Positions 1 through 11,131 of a stretch of DNA of 64,000 bases are shown one piece after another; position 1 is the first letter of the stretch; each line of letters starts with the position of its first letter. Source of the stretch: Octopus bimaculoides. Its lineage: Eukaryota. The stretch covers positions 2,042,051 to 2,106,050 of the forward strand of contig NC_068983.1 of assembly GCF_001194135.2 (NCBI RefSeq), written 5' to 3'. A model generated the notes under the pieces. That model was not told the DNA's origin. It did no database searches and saw only the letters and a program-made list of their open reading frames with translations. The position numbers were made by a program, and so were the translations under genes.

Positions 1-203
1 ACGAAGTATGGGTGCAAGTGTGGATGTCTGAGAATAAGTTCACTTCACAGGATTCCGGGTTAACTCTTGGGCATGTGTCTTCTAATATAGCCTCATGTCG
101 ACAAAGCCTTGAGAGACGATTTGGTAGATGGAAACTCAAAGGAGTCCGTCGCATGCATATATATATATATATATATATATATAATCATAAATATACATAT
201 ATA

Positions 204-530
204 ATCATAAATATACAGGGATTAGCATTGAGTTGCTTCTCCAACATACTGAAAATTTAGAAATACCAGTCAAAGAACTACTGATTCTAAACTACAAATT
301 TTTCTCTAAACGGATGGCGATATTTATGGCAAACATAGAACAAAAAACCGGAGGGAAAAGCGTAAACAAAACAAGTCTTTAGTTAAATGGATACGAATCG
401 TGTGCCATAAATATCGCCATCCGTTTAGAGAAAAATTTGTAGTTTAGAATCAGTAGTTCTTTGACTGCTATTTCTAAATTTTCAGTATGTTGGTGAAGCA
501 ACTCAATGCTAATCCCTGTATATTTATGAT
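204..530. mobile_element. Fold-back / MITE-like element with 128-bp inverted arms
   Basis: 204-331 (ATCATAAATATACAGGGATTAGC...TTTATGGCA) is the near-perfect reverse complement of 403-530 (2 mismatches seen). The spacer is about 71 bp and there is no ORF. Confidence 0.85.
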
Positions 531-689
531 GATAAATGGTTTTACCGATAAAGATTTTTTCATACTGAACTACTTGGCAAAATTGTTAATTATTAATTCT
601 ATTATTAATTGACGATTCCCTGCCCTTATTCTTGTATATATATATATATGTGTGTATATATATATATGTGAGTGTGTGTAGGAGGTGCG

Positions 690-905
690 CGTGTTTGTGT
701 GTGCATCTTTGTGCCTGTGTTTGTCTCGCATGATCACGTGACAACTGGTGCTGGTGTGATTACATCCCCATAACTTAGCCGTTCGGCAAAACAGACCGGC
801 AGACAAAGTACTGCAGTCGATTTACTCGACTAACAATTCTTCAATGCAGTGCCCCAGCATGGCCGCAGTCTAATGACTGAAACGAGTAAAAGATAAAAGA
901 CAGAG
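690..905 (+). mobile_element. tRNA-derived SINE family A, 3' half
   Basis: Matches the body and tail of the 3092-3480 copy (ACAACTGGTGCTGGTGTG..., GTGCCCCAGCATGGCCGCAGTC...GAAAC...AAAAGA). Confidence 0.8.
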
Positions 906-1490
906 TGTGATGTATGCAGAAGGAAATGTTGGGTTTCAAAGCAGATATGCAATTGTAGGACGAGTGAGAGAGAAGTGCCAAATAAATGTTGAAGGTACGG
1001 TTTCTTTTTCATTGAAACGTAATTTACGACTTGGCTTAAACGAAATGACACTAATAACGATTTGGTAGAGCTCGATATATTTATAAACCAGAGTAAAGCA
1101 TTTCAGGAGAACAGGACTTAATATCATTTAATGAATAACAAGAGGACAAGATTTGGCTTATCCTCTCCATTTGCTTGCAGCTGATTCCGCTGTGACAAGC
1201 AATGCACTCTTAGAGATAAGTGCAGCAGTAACATCACATAGTTTCCACGGAGTAATTAAAATCATGTGAGCGTTTATTTCGAAAAGCATGTAAATATATG
1301 GCACCCAAGACGAAGCTCTGAGTGCGATGCATCTTATTGCAGAAAGAGATATAACCTAAAGAAGGGGATAAACTGATGCCATTTATTTTGTTATTCATTA
1401 AAACAACTCCCTTTATCCCTCCTCATTATCTCTCTCCCTCATAGACATACATGAACACACACACACACACATACATATACATACATACAC

Positions 1491-1526
<36 letters not shown>

Positions 1527-1533
<7 letters not shown>

Positions 1534-1802
1534 AGAAAGATCATGCAGGCACTTTTCATAGTTTTAATATAATTTTTAATATATCTTGCATTGTGTTTGT
1601 GGACCGGTTTCGCTTTCATTTTTCACGACATTAAAATTTATTTAAATAGGCATTTTCTTAATAAGAAATGTTTTGTACATGTTGCGTGTTGAGTTTACGA
1701 ATGGACGATTCAACAAGTGGACAAATCTAATGGGAGGGAATTGGTTATCGCTATTATTGTAGATAGGGGAGATAATTGTTCATCTTTCGGTAGTTGGGGG
1801 AA

Positions 1803-1837
<35 letters not shown>

Positions 1838-3082
1838 TTCAAAACCTAGATTAATGGGAAGAAATATGTAGAGTGATGGGTATGTAATCGTGAATTAAAA
1901 CGTGTAAAGACATCAAAGTTGGTTATGTATACTTATTGAGACGTGTCCTGTATTTTTCGATGAATAATTTTTTTCCCTTTTAAATCGTTCTTGTAAAGAA
2001 ATTGCATCTTTGTACTGGTAGAAGGGGAAAACTGTGAAAATTGGTTTCATGTTGCCTGCACATCACTCTACGTGTTCACTTAAAGGAATTTGTATTGCAG
2101 GTACTGGATCTGCTCTTTAGGTAGAGTGGTTTTCCGTCTCATATCATACTCTTCTGTCCTATATAGTGATGTTCACAACTCGAGCAGGTTATTAAATATA
2201 TTAGGTTCTCAGAGGCACAAGTGAAGTCGGCTTTAATCGTGAACCTCTCTCCTTGCATGAAAAGGAAATCCGAGCCTTCAAGTAGATTTGAGCATGTTTC
2301 ACAGTTTAGGCGTTCACATTTTTAACCGTTGGTTTCTTGGTTGTTGTGTATAGCTTCTAATTTGTTAGAAGTCTCTTTAGCTATTTGTGTTGCTTTCTGC
2401 ATCTGATGAGTTTATGCGCTTTCAGGATGTTGTTTATTTTGGGGTTTCTAATTAGTAAAGAGAGATTTTGCACAATAGTGTTCTATGCCTCATTGTTTTT
2501 CATGTTTGTGAGTCGATATATGCAGCAGTGTTTTGAGATGAAGTGTGCTGTCATGTTTTGTTGTCCTTAGTGTTTTTAAGTCTAATTTCTATGCACGCTT
2601 AATTCCATCGTCTATAGTTGAGGGAGGATATTGTCTTTCAGTTAGCGTTGTTTTGAGATGTTGAAGACAAAGGTCACGTGTAGTTCTATCAGACCCTATT
2701 ATGCAAATCCTTTTTGCGAAATTAAGAGGGGTTTTATTCTGATGTATTTCGGGTGGCATGAGCTTTCGAGTCGGTTGGTTTATGATAGATGTCAATTGTA
2801 ATTTGGTTGTTGACTTTTTTACCATAATATCCAAAAATGGGAGCTGGTTTTGCTATATTCCATTGTGAACGTTAATGTCATTTAGTGTTGATTTGAATTC
2901 TAAAACTTTGTGATTCATAAACTCCACACACAACATAGACAAAAAATTCTTCCGAAGAAAATACGTATTCAAATAAATTTTAATGTCATGAATAGCGAAA
3001 CCGAAACCGGTTGACAAACATAAGATATACTAAAAATCATATTACGACTATGTAAAGTGTGTGCATTTTCCTTCTCTAATTT
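1527..3082 (-). mobile_element. Decayed Penelope-like element (RT thumb + GIY-YIG) with inverted pseudo-LTR
   Basis: The minus strand encodes ...PLNFAKRICIIGSDRTTRDLCLQHLKTTLTERQYP (ORF 2589-2834), TCSSCEHHYIGQ (GIY-YIG 'YIG' half), IPLSEHVE and PIFTVFPFYQ...FIEKYRTRLN. 1527-1650(-) is repeated in inverted form at 2960-3082(+). Confidence 0.8.
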
Positions 3083-3091
3083 CTTATATAT

Positions 3092-3480
3092 AGGCGCAGT
3101 AGTGCCTGTGTGGTAAGTAGCTTCCTTGCCAACCACGTGGTTCTGGGTTCAGTCCCACTGTGTGACACCTTGGGCAAATGTCTTTTATTATAGCCTCGGG
3201 CTGACTAAAGCATTGTGAGTGGATTTGGTAGACGGAAACTGAAAGAAACCCGCCGTAAATATATATATCTGTGTGTGTATTTGTGATTGTGTGTCTGTGT
3301 TTGTTCCGCCACCATCGCTTGACAACCGATGCTGGTGTGTTCACGTCCCCAGAACTTAGCGGCTCGTCAGAAGAGACCGATAGAATAAGTACTAGGCTTA
3401 CAAAGAATAAGTCCTGTTCGACTAAAAGGTGGTGCTCCAGCATGACCGCAGTCAAATAATTGAAAAAAATAAAATAAAAG
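3092..3480 (+). mobile_element. Full-length tRNA-derived SINE family A
   Basis: A-box-like TGCCTGTGTGG, B-box-like GGTTCAGTCCC, body and A-rich tail. Other copies lie at 690, 9590, 13890 and 46585. Confidence 0.85.
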
Positions 3481-3489
3481 TATACATAC

Positions 3490-3524
<35 letters not shown>

Positions 3525-3911
3525 TACGTACGCACGTACATACATACATACGTGTATATATATATATATATTTATTTATATCCATACATATACATGTGCT
3601 TAACCCCCCTCCCCTCTTCATCATCTCTTGTACTGACACTTCCTGTCTTCACTCATATCCACCTTCTCTCTTCATTGACACCTTGTCCATCCACACCCTC
3701 CCAACACACCCCACACATCCCACCCCATACACCCACACACTAGCACTGACCACTTCCCAGCACCCACACCACACACCATTATTCTTACACCCACCTACCA
3801 TCTTCCTCACACGCACACCATCATCCACATACGCACTCACATAAACATGCACGTATCCACATGTCAAAGTCACGAGCTCCACCCACACATACACACATAC
3901 ATACATACACG

Positions 3912-4190
3912 CACCTTCGTTTTGGGATCACCAGTACTTTATTATCTCCCCTTATCCCTAGCTCTCCTGTCAGACTATTTTCCCCAACCAGTTACCATGA
4001 TTGATCGCTAAATCCACAAGTTTTGTTTTTTATTCTCTATATGTTTATTTCCTAAAATTCTTTTCTGCTGAAGAGCTTTGTCAAGAAACGTTTCTACTTT
4101 CTCACTTTCCCGACTGTCAAACTAATACACCTGCTTGTTGTTCATACACCTGTCTTCGCCTTTTGTTTTCCTGTAAATTTCAAATATATA
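3912..4190 (-). mobile_element. Penelope-associated terminal repeat with degenerate hammerhead motif
   Basis: Homologous in inverted orientation to 5375-5652. It carries CTGCTGA-A-GAGC..GAAACG at 4065-4090. Confidence 0.6.
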
Positions 4191-5374
4191 TATATATATA
4201 TATAGTTAAATGAGTAAATGTTGCAAAAGGCAGAAAAGGCCATGTTAGAGAATGTTTGATATATTTGTTACAGTTAGTGATTTAAAATATAACCGGTTTC
4301 GATGTATCTATCTTACTAAATATTAAAAAAAATGTTTAAGGAAGTCGAAGAGAAAAAAATAGAGTTAACAGTTTGTACCCATATTTTAGTGTATGGTGAC
4401 ATTTTACTTCTGAGTCACTCCTTATAGATGATTTGTCTATGTAGTTTTGGGGGTGGAGTTCAAGAGTTCACAGTTCAGGAATTCTAATGAAAAGAGGTGT
4501 TTTGGATCGAACAGGTAGTTTCTATTCAGCATGTGGCCAGCTGTGTGTGTGTGTGTTTTTGGAATATATTGTCAAAACATTTTTCTGTTTTTCCTTTTTC
4601 TATTGAGAGAAGTGCGCGCTCTTATGATTCCGTACAAACAAATGTTCAAATTGATTACATTCGTTTTTAATCGATTGTCGCTTTCCGTAAACAAATATGA
4701 AACAGATGTCTATTTTTAATTTTCAAGATAATTTATTTTTAATACAACTCACTGCCGTCATATGGTTTCCGTTGGCCATGCATTTTGCTTTCTGTATAAA
4801 CATTTAATTATGGCATTAGAAAAATCTAAACTTATACTTTGTAAAGTATTTTTATTTTCGCTTTTGGCCAATTTATTAAGGATATTAAATCAATGACGAA
4901 CGAAAACAAAATAGATTTACGCACTACGAAAAGATATGTGTATATTCATTATATCTAACTAGCTATTCATCTTTCTTCCTCTCTCTCTCTCTCTCCCTAT
5001 ATATATACATATGCATGTGCAGTACTTAGTTTGAAGCATTCTGTGATAACACCCTGACTTTGTTTTCTTTTTCTTTTGTGATTTATCTTATATCTCATCT
5101 TCCATTGCTCCGGTCTTACCCAACAAGTATCTATAATGTATGTGCGTGTGCGTGCGTTGATACAACAGGGAAATAGAACACAAAACATGAGAATATGCAT
5201 ATATCATTTGAACGGCTGAAATTTACGAATTGAGTTAAGGCACAAACTTTTTATTTACTGTTAACTCAATGCACATGCGCAAGTCTCTCTGCACTTTAGT
5301 CCACTATAAAACATGCTGGTTATATAAAAAATACACACACATATATGTTCATAGATATATATGGGAGAATATAC

Positions 5375-5652
5375 AAATAATAACAACAGACGAGGACAGG
5401 TGGTGTAAATAACAAATGATATATTAGTATGACGCTCGGGAATACGGAAAGTCTTTCACGTTTCGAGCTACGCTCTTCAACAGAAAGAATACGGAGACAA
5501 AAACACGGAGAAAAAAAATTGAATAGTGTTCAGTCAACGGTCAATCATAATAATGGCCGATCATAACAATGGCTGACCGGAAGTTAGAAATTCGTTTTTC
5601 AGGAGAGCTAAGAAAGGGGGAGATAACAAACGGTGATCGCGAACGAGGGGCT
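5375..5652 (+). mobile_element. Penelope-associated terminal repeat with degenerate hammerhead motif on the minus strand
   Basis: The minus strand reads CTGTTGA-A-GAGC-GTA-GCTC-GAAACG...GCGTC. Same family as 3912-4190 and 26740-26935. Confidence 0.6.
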
Positions 5653-6144
5653 GTGTGTGGGAGGTAGAATGCTGGTGGTCTTGACGTTTGTAGTGTGAAA
5701 ATGGGGAAGGGAGAAAGTAGTTGGTCAGTTGTAGTGTGTGCATGGTGTGATGCGAGGGTATTGGTGTGGTGTGATGTGAGGGTGTTGGGAGGTGGGGAAG
5801 GTATGGGTGGAGTGTGGTTTAGGCTGAGGGTGNNNNNNNNNNNNNNNNNNNNNNNNNNNNNNNNNNNNNNNNNNNNNNNNNNNNNNNNNNNNNNNNNNNN
5901 NNNNNNNNNNNNNNNNNNNNNNNNNNNNNNNNNNNNNNNNNNNNNNNNNNNNNNNNNNNNNNNNNNNNNNNNNNNNNNNNNNNNNNNNNNNNNNNNNNNN
6001 NNNNNNNNNNNNNNNNNNNNNNNNNNNNNNNNNNNNNNNNNNNNNNNNNNNNNNNNNNNNNNNNNNNNNNNNNNNNNNNNNNNNNNNNNNNNNNNNNNNN
6101 NNNNNNNNNNNNNNNNNNNNNNNNNNNNNNNNNNNNNNNNNNNN

Positions 6145-6497
6145 AGAGAGTAGGAGAGTAAGAGTGAGAGAGTAGGAGAGTAAGAGTGAGAGAGTAGGAG
6201 AGTAAGAGTGAGAGAGTAGGAGAGTACGAGAGAAGAGAGTGAAAGAGTACGAGAGAAGAGAGTGAGAGAGAGTAAGAGAGAGGAGAGAAAGAGTAGGGGT
6301 GAAGAGAAGTGGGAGTGGAGAGAAGTAGGAAGAGAAGTTGGAGTGAAGAGAAGTAGGAGGAGAAGTGGGAAGAGAAGTAGGAATGAAGAGAAGTAGGAAG
6401 AGAAGTAGGAAGAGAAGTTGGAAGAGAAGTTGGAGTGAAGAGAAGTAGGAGTGAAGAGAAGTAGGAAGAGAAGTGGGAAGAGAAGTAGGAGTGAAGA
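6145..6497. repeat. Compound purine-rich low-complexity repeat
   Basis: Units GAGAGTAGGAGAGTAAGAGT and GAAGAGAAGTRG. The + strand is almost free of C. It sits next to a gap. Confidence 0.9.
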
Positions 6498-6593
6498 AAT
6501 ATATACATATATATGTGTATGTATTCATATATACGTGTGTGTGTGTGTGTGTGTGTGTGTGTAACGGTAGAGGTGCAGGTATAAATCCATTAC

Positions 6594-7000
6594 GGCTGTT
6601 TCTAACTACTCATTTGATTGGCTAATGAAAACATTACATCATTGTAAAGAAACCATTTTCGTCAGATGATTTCATGAACTTCAAAATAAAGGACATTCAA
6701 AATGATTTAACATAGTTTAAAATCCACGGAGTCAATTATTCCTTCCTCCACCTAAAATCTCTACTAACCTCTAAGTTTTTCCGTTTCCATCAAATATTCA
6801 CCGTTCTGGTAAATCCATTCGGTCAACTGAAATAATAGCAGAACCACTGTAATTTTTTTTTACTCTGTGGATTTTAAACTACGTTAAATCGTTTGGGATT
6901 TCCTTTATTTTGAAGTTCATGAATTCATCTGACAGAAACGGTTTCTTAACTATGATGTAATGTTTTCATTAATCAGTTAAAGGAGTCGTTAGAAACGGTC
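6594..7000. mobile_element. Fold-back / MITE-like element with about 139-bp inverted arms
   Basis: 6594-6732 aligns to the reverse complement of 6862-7000 (roughly 80-85% identity by eye). The spacer is about 129 bp. Confidence 0.8.
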
Positions 7001-7326
7001 TACTGTTACTCATTTTTATGTTATTAACCTCTATCGGAATCTGCGCTTCGCAACTATTATGGACCGTATATTTAATATAATGTACATGTCTGAACTGCTC
7101 AAGAGCGGATTTCTTCACTCAGCTGGGTCTAAATGTCTACATACACTGCAAGAATATCATTCTGCCGATACTTATGTACCAAGTTTTATATTTACATAAT
7201 ATTGTTGTGTGTGTGTTATTCCAACCTAACGATGTTGGATATATTTGTGATGTCTTTGAAGCTTTCATAATAAAGTGCATATACATATATATATATTGGT
7301 AGTCAGGATGTTGGATGATTATATAT

Positions 7327-8283
7327 ATTTTTATTTACATTTTATTTACACTTTTAGTGCTTTCTTCCGTTATCAGATCTATCGAAAGTGGTTTAAATCT
7401 AGATTTCTTGGCCTTTTTATATATAAAATGTTGTGGGGTTTGCCAAGCAAGGGAGAAGAAGAAAGAAAATGACAAAAATGTCGAAGTTTATTTCGCCACA
7501 GATATGAATCTTTAATTGCATTAATCAATTATTTTCTTTTAATCATCAGTACTTACGTGTGTGTGGTGCGTGTATGTGTGCATAAATATGAACATGTGCA
7601 TATATGTCTTTGAATGTGTGTGTCTTTGAATATATATATAACTGTGTGGGTGTATAGTGTACTCAAAAATTACTATTTCAAAAACAATTAAATCGAAATC
7701 ATCTAGAATTTCAATGAAAAAAAGGTTGACCACATCCATTGAACCATTATTTAATGAATAAAAAAAAAAGAAATGCAATTATAATTTTTTTACTGAAGTA
7801 AGTCAAAAACAACATCTGGTTTTTCAATTAAAAACCTTGACTACTACAAATGTTTGGTCACATTAATACAAAAACCACACCTTTTTTTTTTTTTTACCTC
7901 CCCCATATTAATAAATCTAAAAGAATAAAGAAACAGAACTTGGAAATGCAATTATAATTGTTACTGAAGAAAGTCAGACAACATCTGGTTTTTCAATTAA
8001 AAACTTTGACTAATTCAAAAACAAAAATTATTTTCCTTCTCCATCCAAAAATGTCACTAAGTATTGAATCCCCAAAATAAACAAGTCTGACCAAACAAAT
8101 ACAAAAGCCATGCCTCTTTACCTCACCCTTCTTCTCAAACGTGTTTCGTCTTCTCCCTTGCTTGGCAAACCCCACAATTTTTCATATATACAAAGGCCAA
8201 GACATCTATATTTAAACAACTTTTTGATTAATCCGATAACGGAAGAAAGCACTAGAAGTTTAAATAAAATGTAAATATAAATG
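7327..8283. mobile_element. Fold-back element with about 130-bp inverted arms and an internal direct duplication
   Basis: 7327-7459 is the reverse complement of 8150-8283. An internal direct repeat lies at 7770-7843 / 7943-8012. Confidence 0.7.
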
Positions 8284-8352
8284 CATGTTTTCATTCAACA
8301 TTCTGACTACCTTGTTATTCTAAATATACCTCAGTTCAAAAATTCTCTCTCA

Positions 8353-9220
8353 CTATAATCCAGTGATCCCACCAAAGAATGTATCACTCATCCCTGAGAA
8401 CAACCAGGCTGATAAGGATAGTGAAGATGAAGAAACAACAATCAGAAGTCCTTCTGTGCAAGTGGTCCGACGAAAGTATGGAGCCCTCACCCCTATGAAC
8501 AACCAGAAGAATGCAAGCGCTAACATCAGTAAAGGAAGGAAAGACCACAACCACAAACATGAAGAACGAAGGGGAGAGAAGGGTAAATGACAAAATGAAA
8601 CAACTAAAACTGAAACCGAAACCCCAAACCACCAAGCAAAAAACAACTCAAATATGGAGGTTCCAATGAAATCCGAAACTCTACTGGAGATAAGAAATTT
8701 GGAGTGAAAACATGGACATGCAAAGTTTACCTGCAAGGCAAATGTTGGCATGGGGAAGACAGTACGAACTGCTGGTTTGTTCAACCGAAACCCCGCCAAA
8801 TTGCATATACATCTAGAAGATCATTGAAGGGATTGTGCCAAAGTTTGGCATTGAAAGCTACACCAATGCCAGAACGACTCGCCACCGCAGAGTGCCGAAG
8901 TCCCCAGCAATGCTGTCGGGCTTCAGAACCTGTTACTGCAATAGCCTGGGTTTCAAGGGTCCACAGCTTTTTATTATTCTTCCAAAGAGCCTGAGGGACC
9001 CACATAAAATGGATGTAGGTGTTTTCAAAGCAAAACTGGATCTTTTCCTGTCGAGAGTCCCAGATGAACCTACCTCGCGGCAGGAGGCGCAAATGAGTGT
9101 AGCGACATCAACTCATTCACCAAATACCATATATCACAGGAGGATCTCAATAATAACATTGTAGCAAAAAGGTGATGCCCCAGCATAGCTACAGCATGAG
9201 CTCAAACTGATTAAAGCAAG
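8353..9220 (+). mobile_element. Internally deleted CR1/L2-like LINE (ORF1 CCCH-like segment joined to ORF2 C-terminus and 3' tail)
   Basis: CKVYLQGKCWHGEDSTNCWFVQP (CCCH-like) is followed at about 8800 by IYI*KIIEGIVPKFG...PQLFIILPKSLRD...FKAKLDLFLSRVPDEP, which is typical of CR1/L2-type ORF2 ends. Confidence 0.7.
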
Positions 9221-9269
<49 letters not shown>

Positions 9270-9589
9270 AAATAATTTTATTCTCAAATGCAAGATAATG
9301 CTAAGCAATATAGCATGAACAGGATAAAATAACCAAAGTTTGCAGAAAAATGTGTCGGCGGCCAGCAATGAGATATGATCTCACATCCCTGTGATTACGC
9401 GTCTAGTGCTTTACCTTTAAGCTAAATTGATCCAACGACAAATTCTTCGGCAAATTTAGGATATATATTTATCCATCCTATATTTTTATATCTTAGCTTT
9501 ATAAGATGCTATCGTAAGTTAAATTCAAATTACAATGGAAATAATCAAACTTTGCTTTAGAAGCGTTGAGATATGTATGTACTTATTCC

Positions 9590-9638
9590 TTTATGCTTTT
9601 ACTTGTTTCTGTCATTTGACTCCAGCCATGCCGGAGCA

Positions 9639-9640
<2 letters not shown>
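9590..9640 (-). mobile_element. SINE family A 3' tail fragment
   Basis: Reverse complement of GGTGCTCCGGCATGGCTGGAGTCAAATGACAGAAACAAGTAAAAG. Confidence 0.65.
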
Positions 9641-9683
<43 letters not shown>

Positions 9684-10542
9684 GAAATTACATGTGTACA
9701 GGACATTACCAACGAGTGAAAAATACGTAAACACACGAGAGATAAGTACAGGAGAAAGTGCCAAAAACATATGCAATAAGTACACATCACCAATGTGCGA
9801 AAAATACATTAACACACGGGAGAAAGGCACAGGAAAAAATACCAAAAAGGAGATAACTCATCAGTTGTCAGACTGTTTAATACTCCTACTTCGTGCTTTT
9901 AAAGACAATATAGGGGACTTCATAAGACAGCAGCATCCAGAAATTTTTTTAAATATAAAATTCATGGAGAGTTAGAGCTTCGAACGAACAAACAACGACA
10001 GAGTGGACTTACAGAATAAGCAATCGACGAAGATAAACATTAAGGACTGTTACAGCAAGAAGAATTGTAATGAGTAACGCCTGGGAGAAATTTTTTTTTT
10101 CAAGGAAATGGAAAATAATTAGAAGAGAAGAAAAAAATGTCGGGAATCGAGAAAAATGACATCCAGCTCGATGAACGCCTAGTCCGGGAAAGAAAGGAGC
10201 AATAGAAATGACCTGGAGTAACGTGTAGGTAAGAGAGGCAGAGTGGAAGGGAGACAAGCGAGAGGATGAGGGAAATAAATAAATCGAGTTAGGAGGAGGG
10301 GAGCGAGTACGACAGATAAGGACTGGAAGAATGACAGATAGGGGAGGCAAAGAAGGTTATAGTGGGATAGAGAGAAAGAAAGAAACCAGGGAGTCATTCC
10401 TTCTCCTCACTTTTGTTTCTTTCCCTCATCCTCTGTCTTGCCCCCTTGCCTCTAATGGATGGGTAGATGGATGGTGATTGATTGATAGATAGATATACAG
10501 AGTGATTGATAGATAGAGTGAGAGATAGATAGATAGATAGAT

Positions 10543-11131
10543 ATTTCTTTATTGGCCACAAAGGGCTAAACACAGAGGGGACAAAATACATAGAACTTTT
10601 TTTGGGGGAAAAGAAAAAAGTGGGTTGAATTCCGATCAAAAGGGATCGTGAAAAAAAATGTGGGGGCTGATCTATAGGGATCGTATATCACAGAAATGTC
10701 AATGTAAAAAGGGAAAACAGATTAGGTTTATTCGTGGAAAGAAAAGCCGGCGGGAAAGACCACGGGGCCCTTGGGCAATAGTGTCATGCAGAAAAAAACA
10801 CATTACAGTAAGTGACTCTCTTCTTTCCTTTGNNNNNNNNNNNNNNNNNNNNNNNNNNNNNNNAGCTGACTCTGTCATTCAGAAGTGCCATCAGAAGTGC
10901 CATCAGAAGTGCCATCCTTGCTACATTCACCCATCTTTTTTTGAAACATTCACTAGAAAAAACTTCCCTCTCTACTCTCACCTTCCACCTCAAGTGATAC
11001 TAAAAGTTGAAGAGAGATTCACCAGAGAGGAAAGTGTTTGTCTGAAGATCTTTCAGACGAATCCACCATACACATTCTTTCGCCATAGCCACAAGCACGA
11101 TGAAAATGGCTTTTCCTTTCTGTTTCAAGAA
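10543..11131 (-). mobile_element. L1/Tx1-clade LINE 3' end
   Basis: The minus strand encodes FIVLVAMAKECVWWIR...WKVRVEREVFSSECFKKRWVNVARM, homologous to the ORF2 end at 44150-44358. The tail TGTGTTTAGCCCTTTGTGGCCAATAAAGAAAT abuts an (ATCT)n run. Confidence 0.8.

Noticed and set aside
3590-5832. Large inverted repeat between the CA-rich and GT-rich tracts
   Set aside because: Only the composition is complementary and there is no positional alignment in the low-complexity parts.
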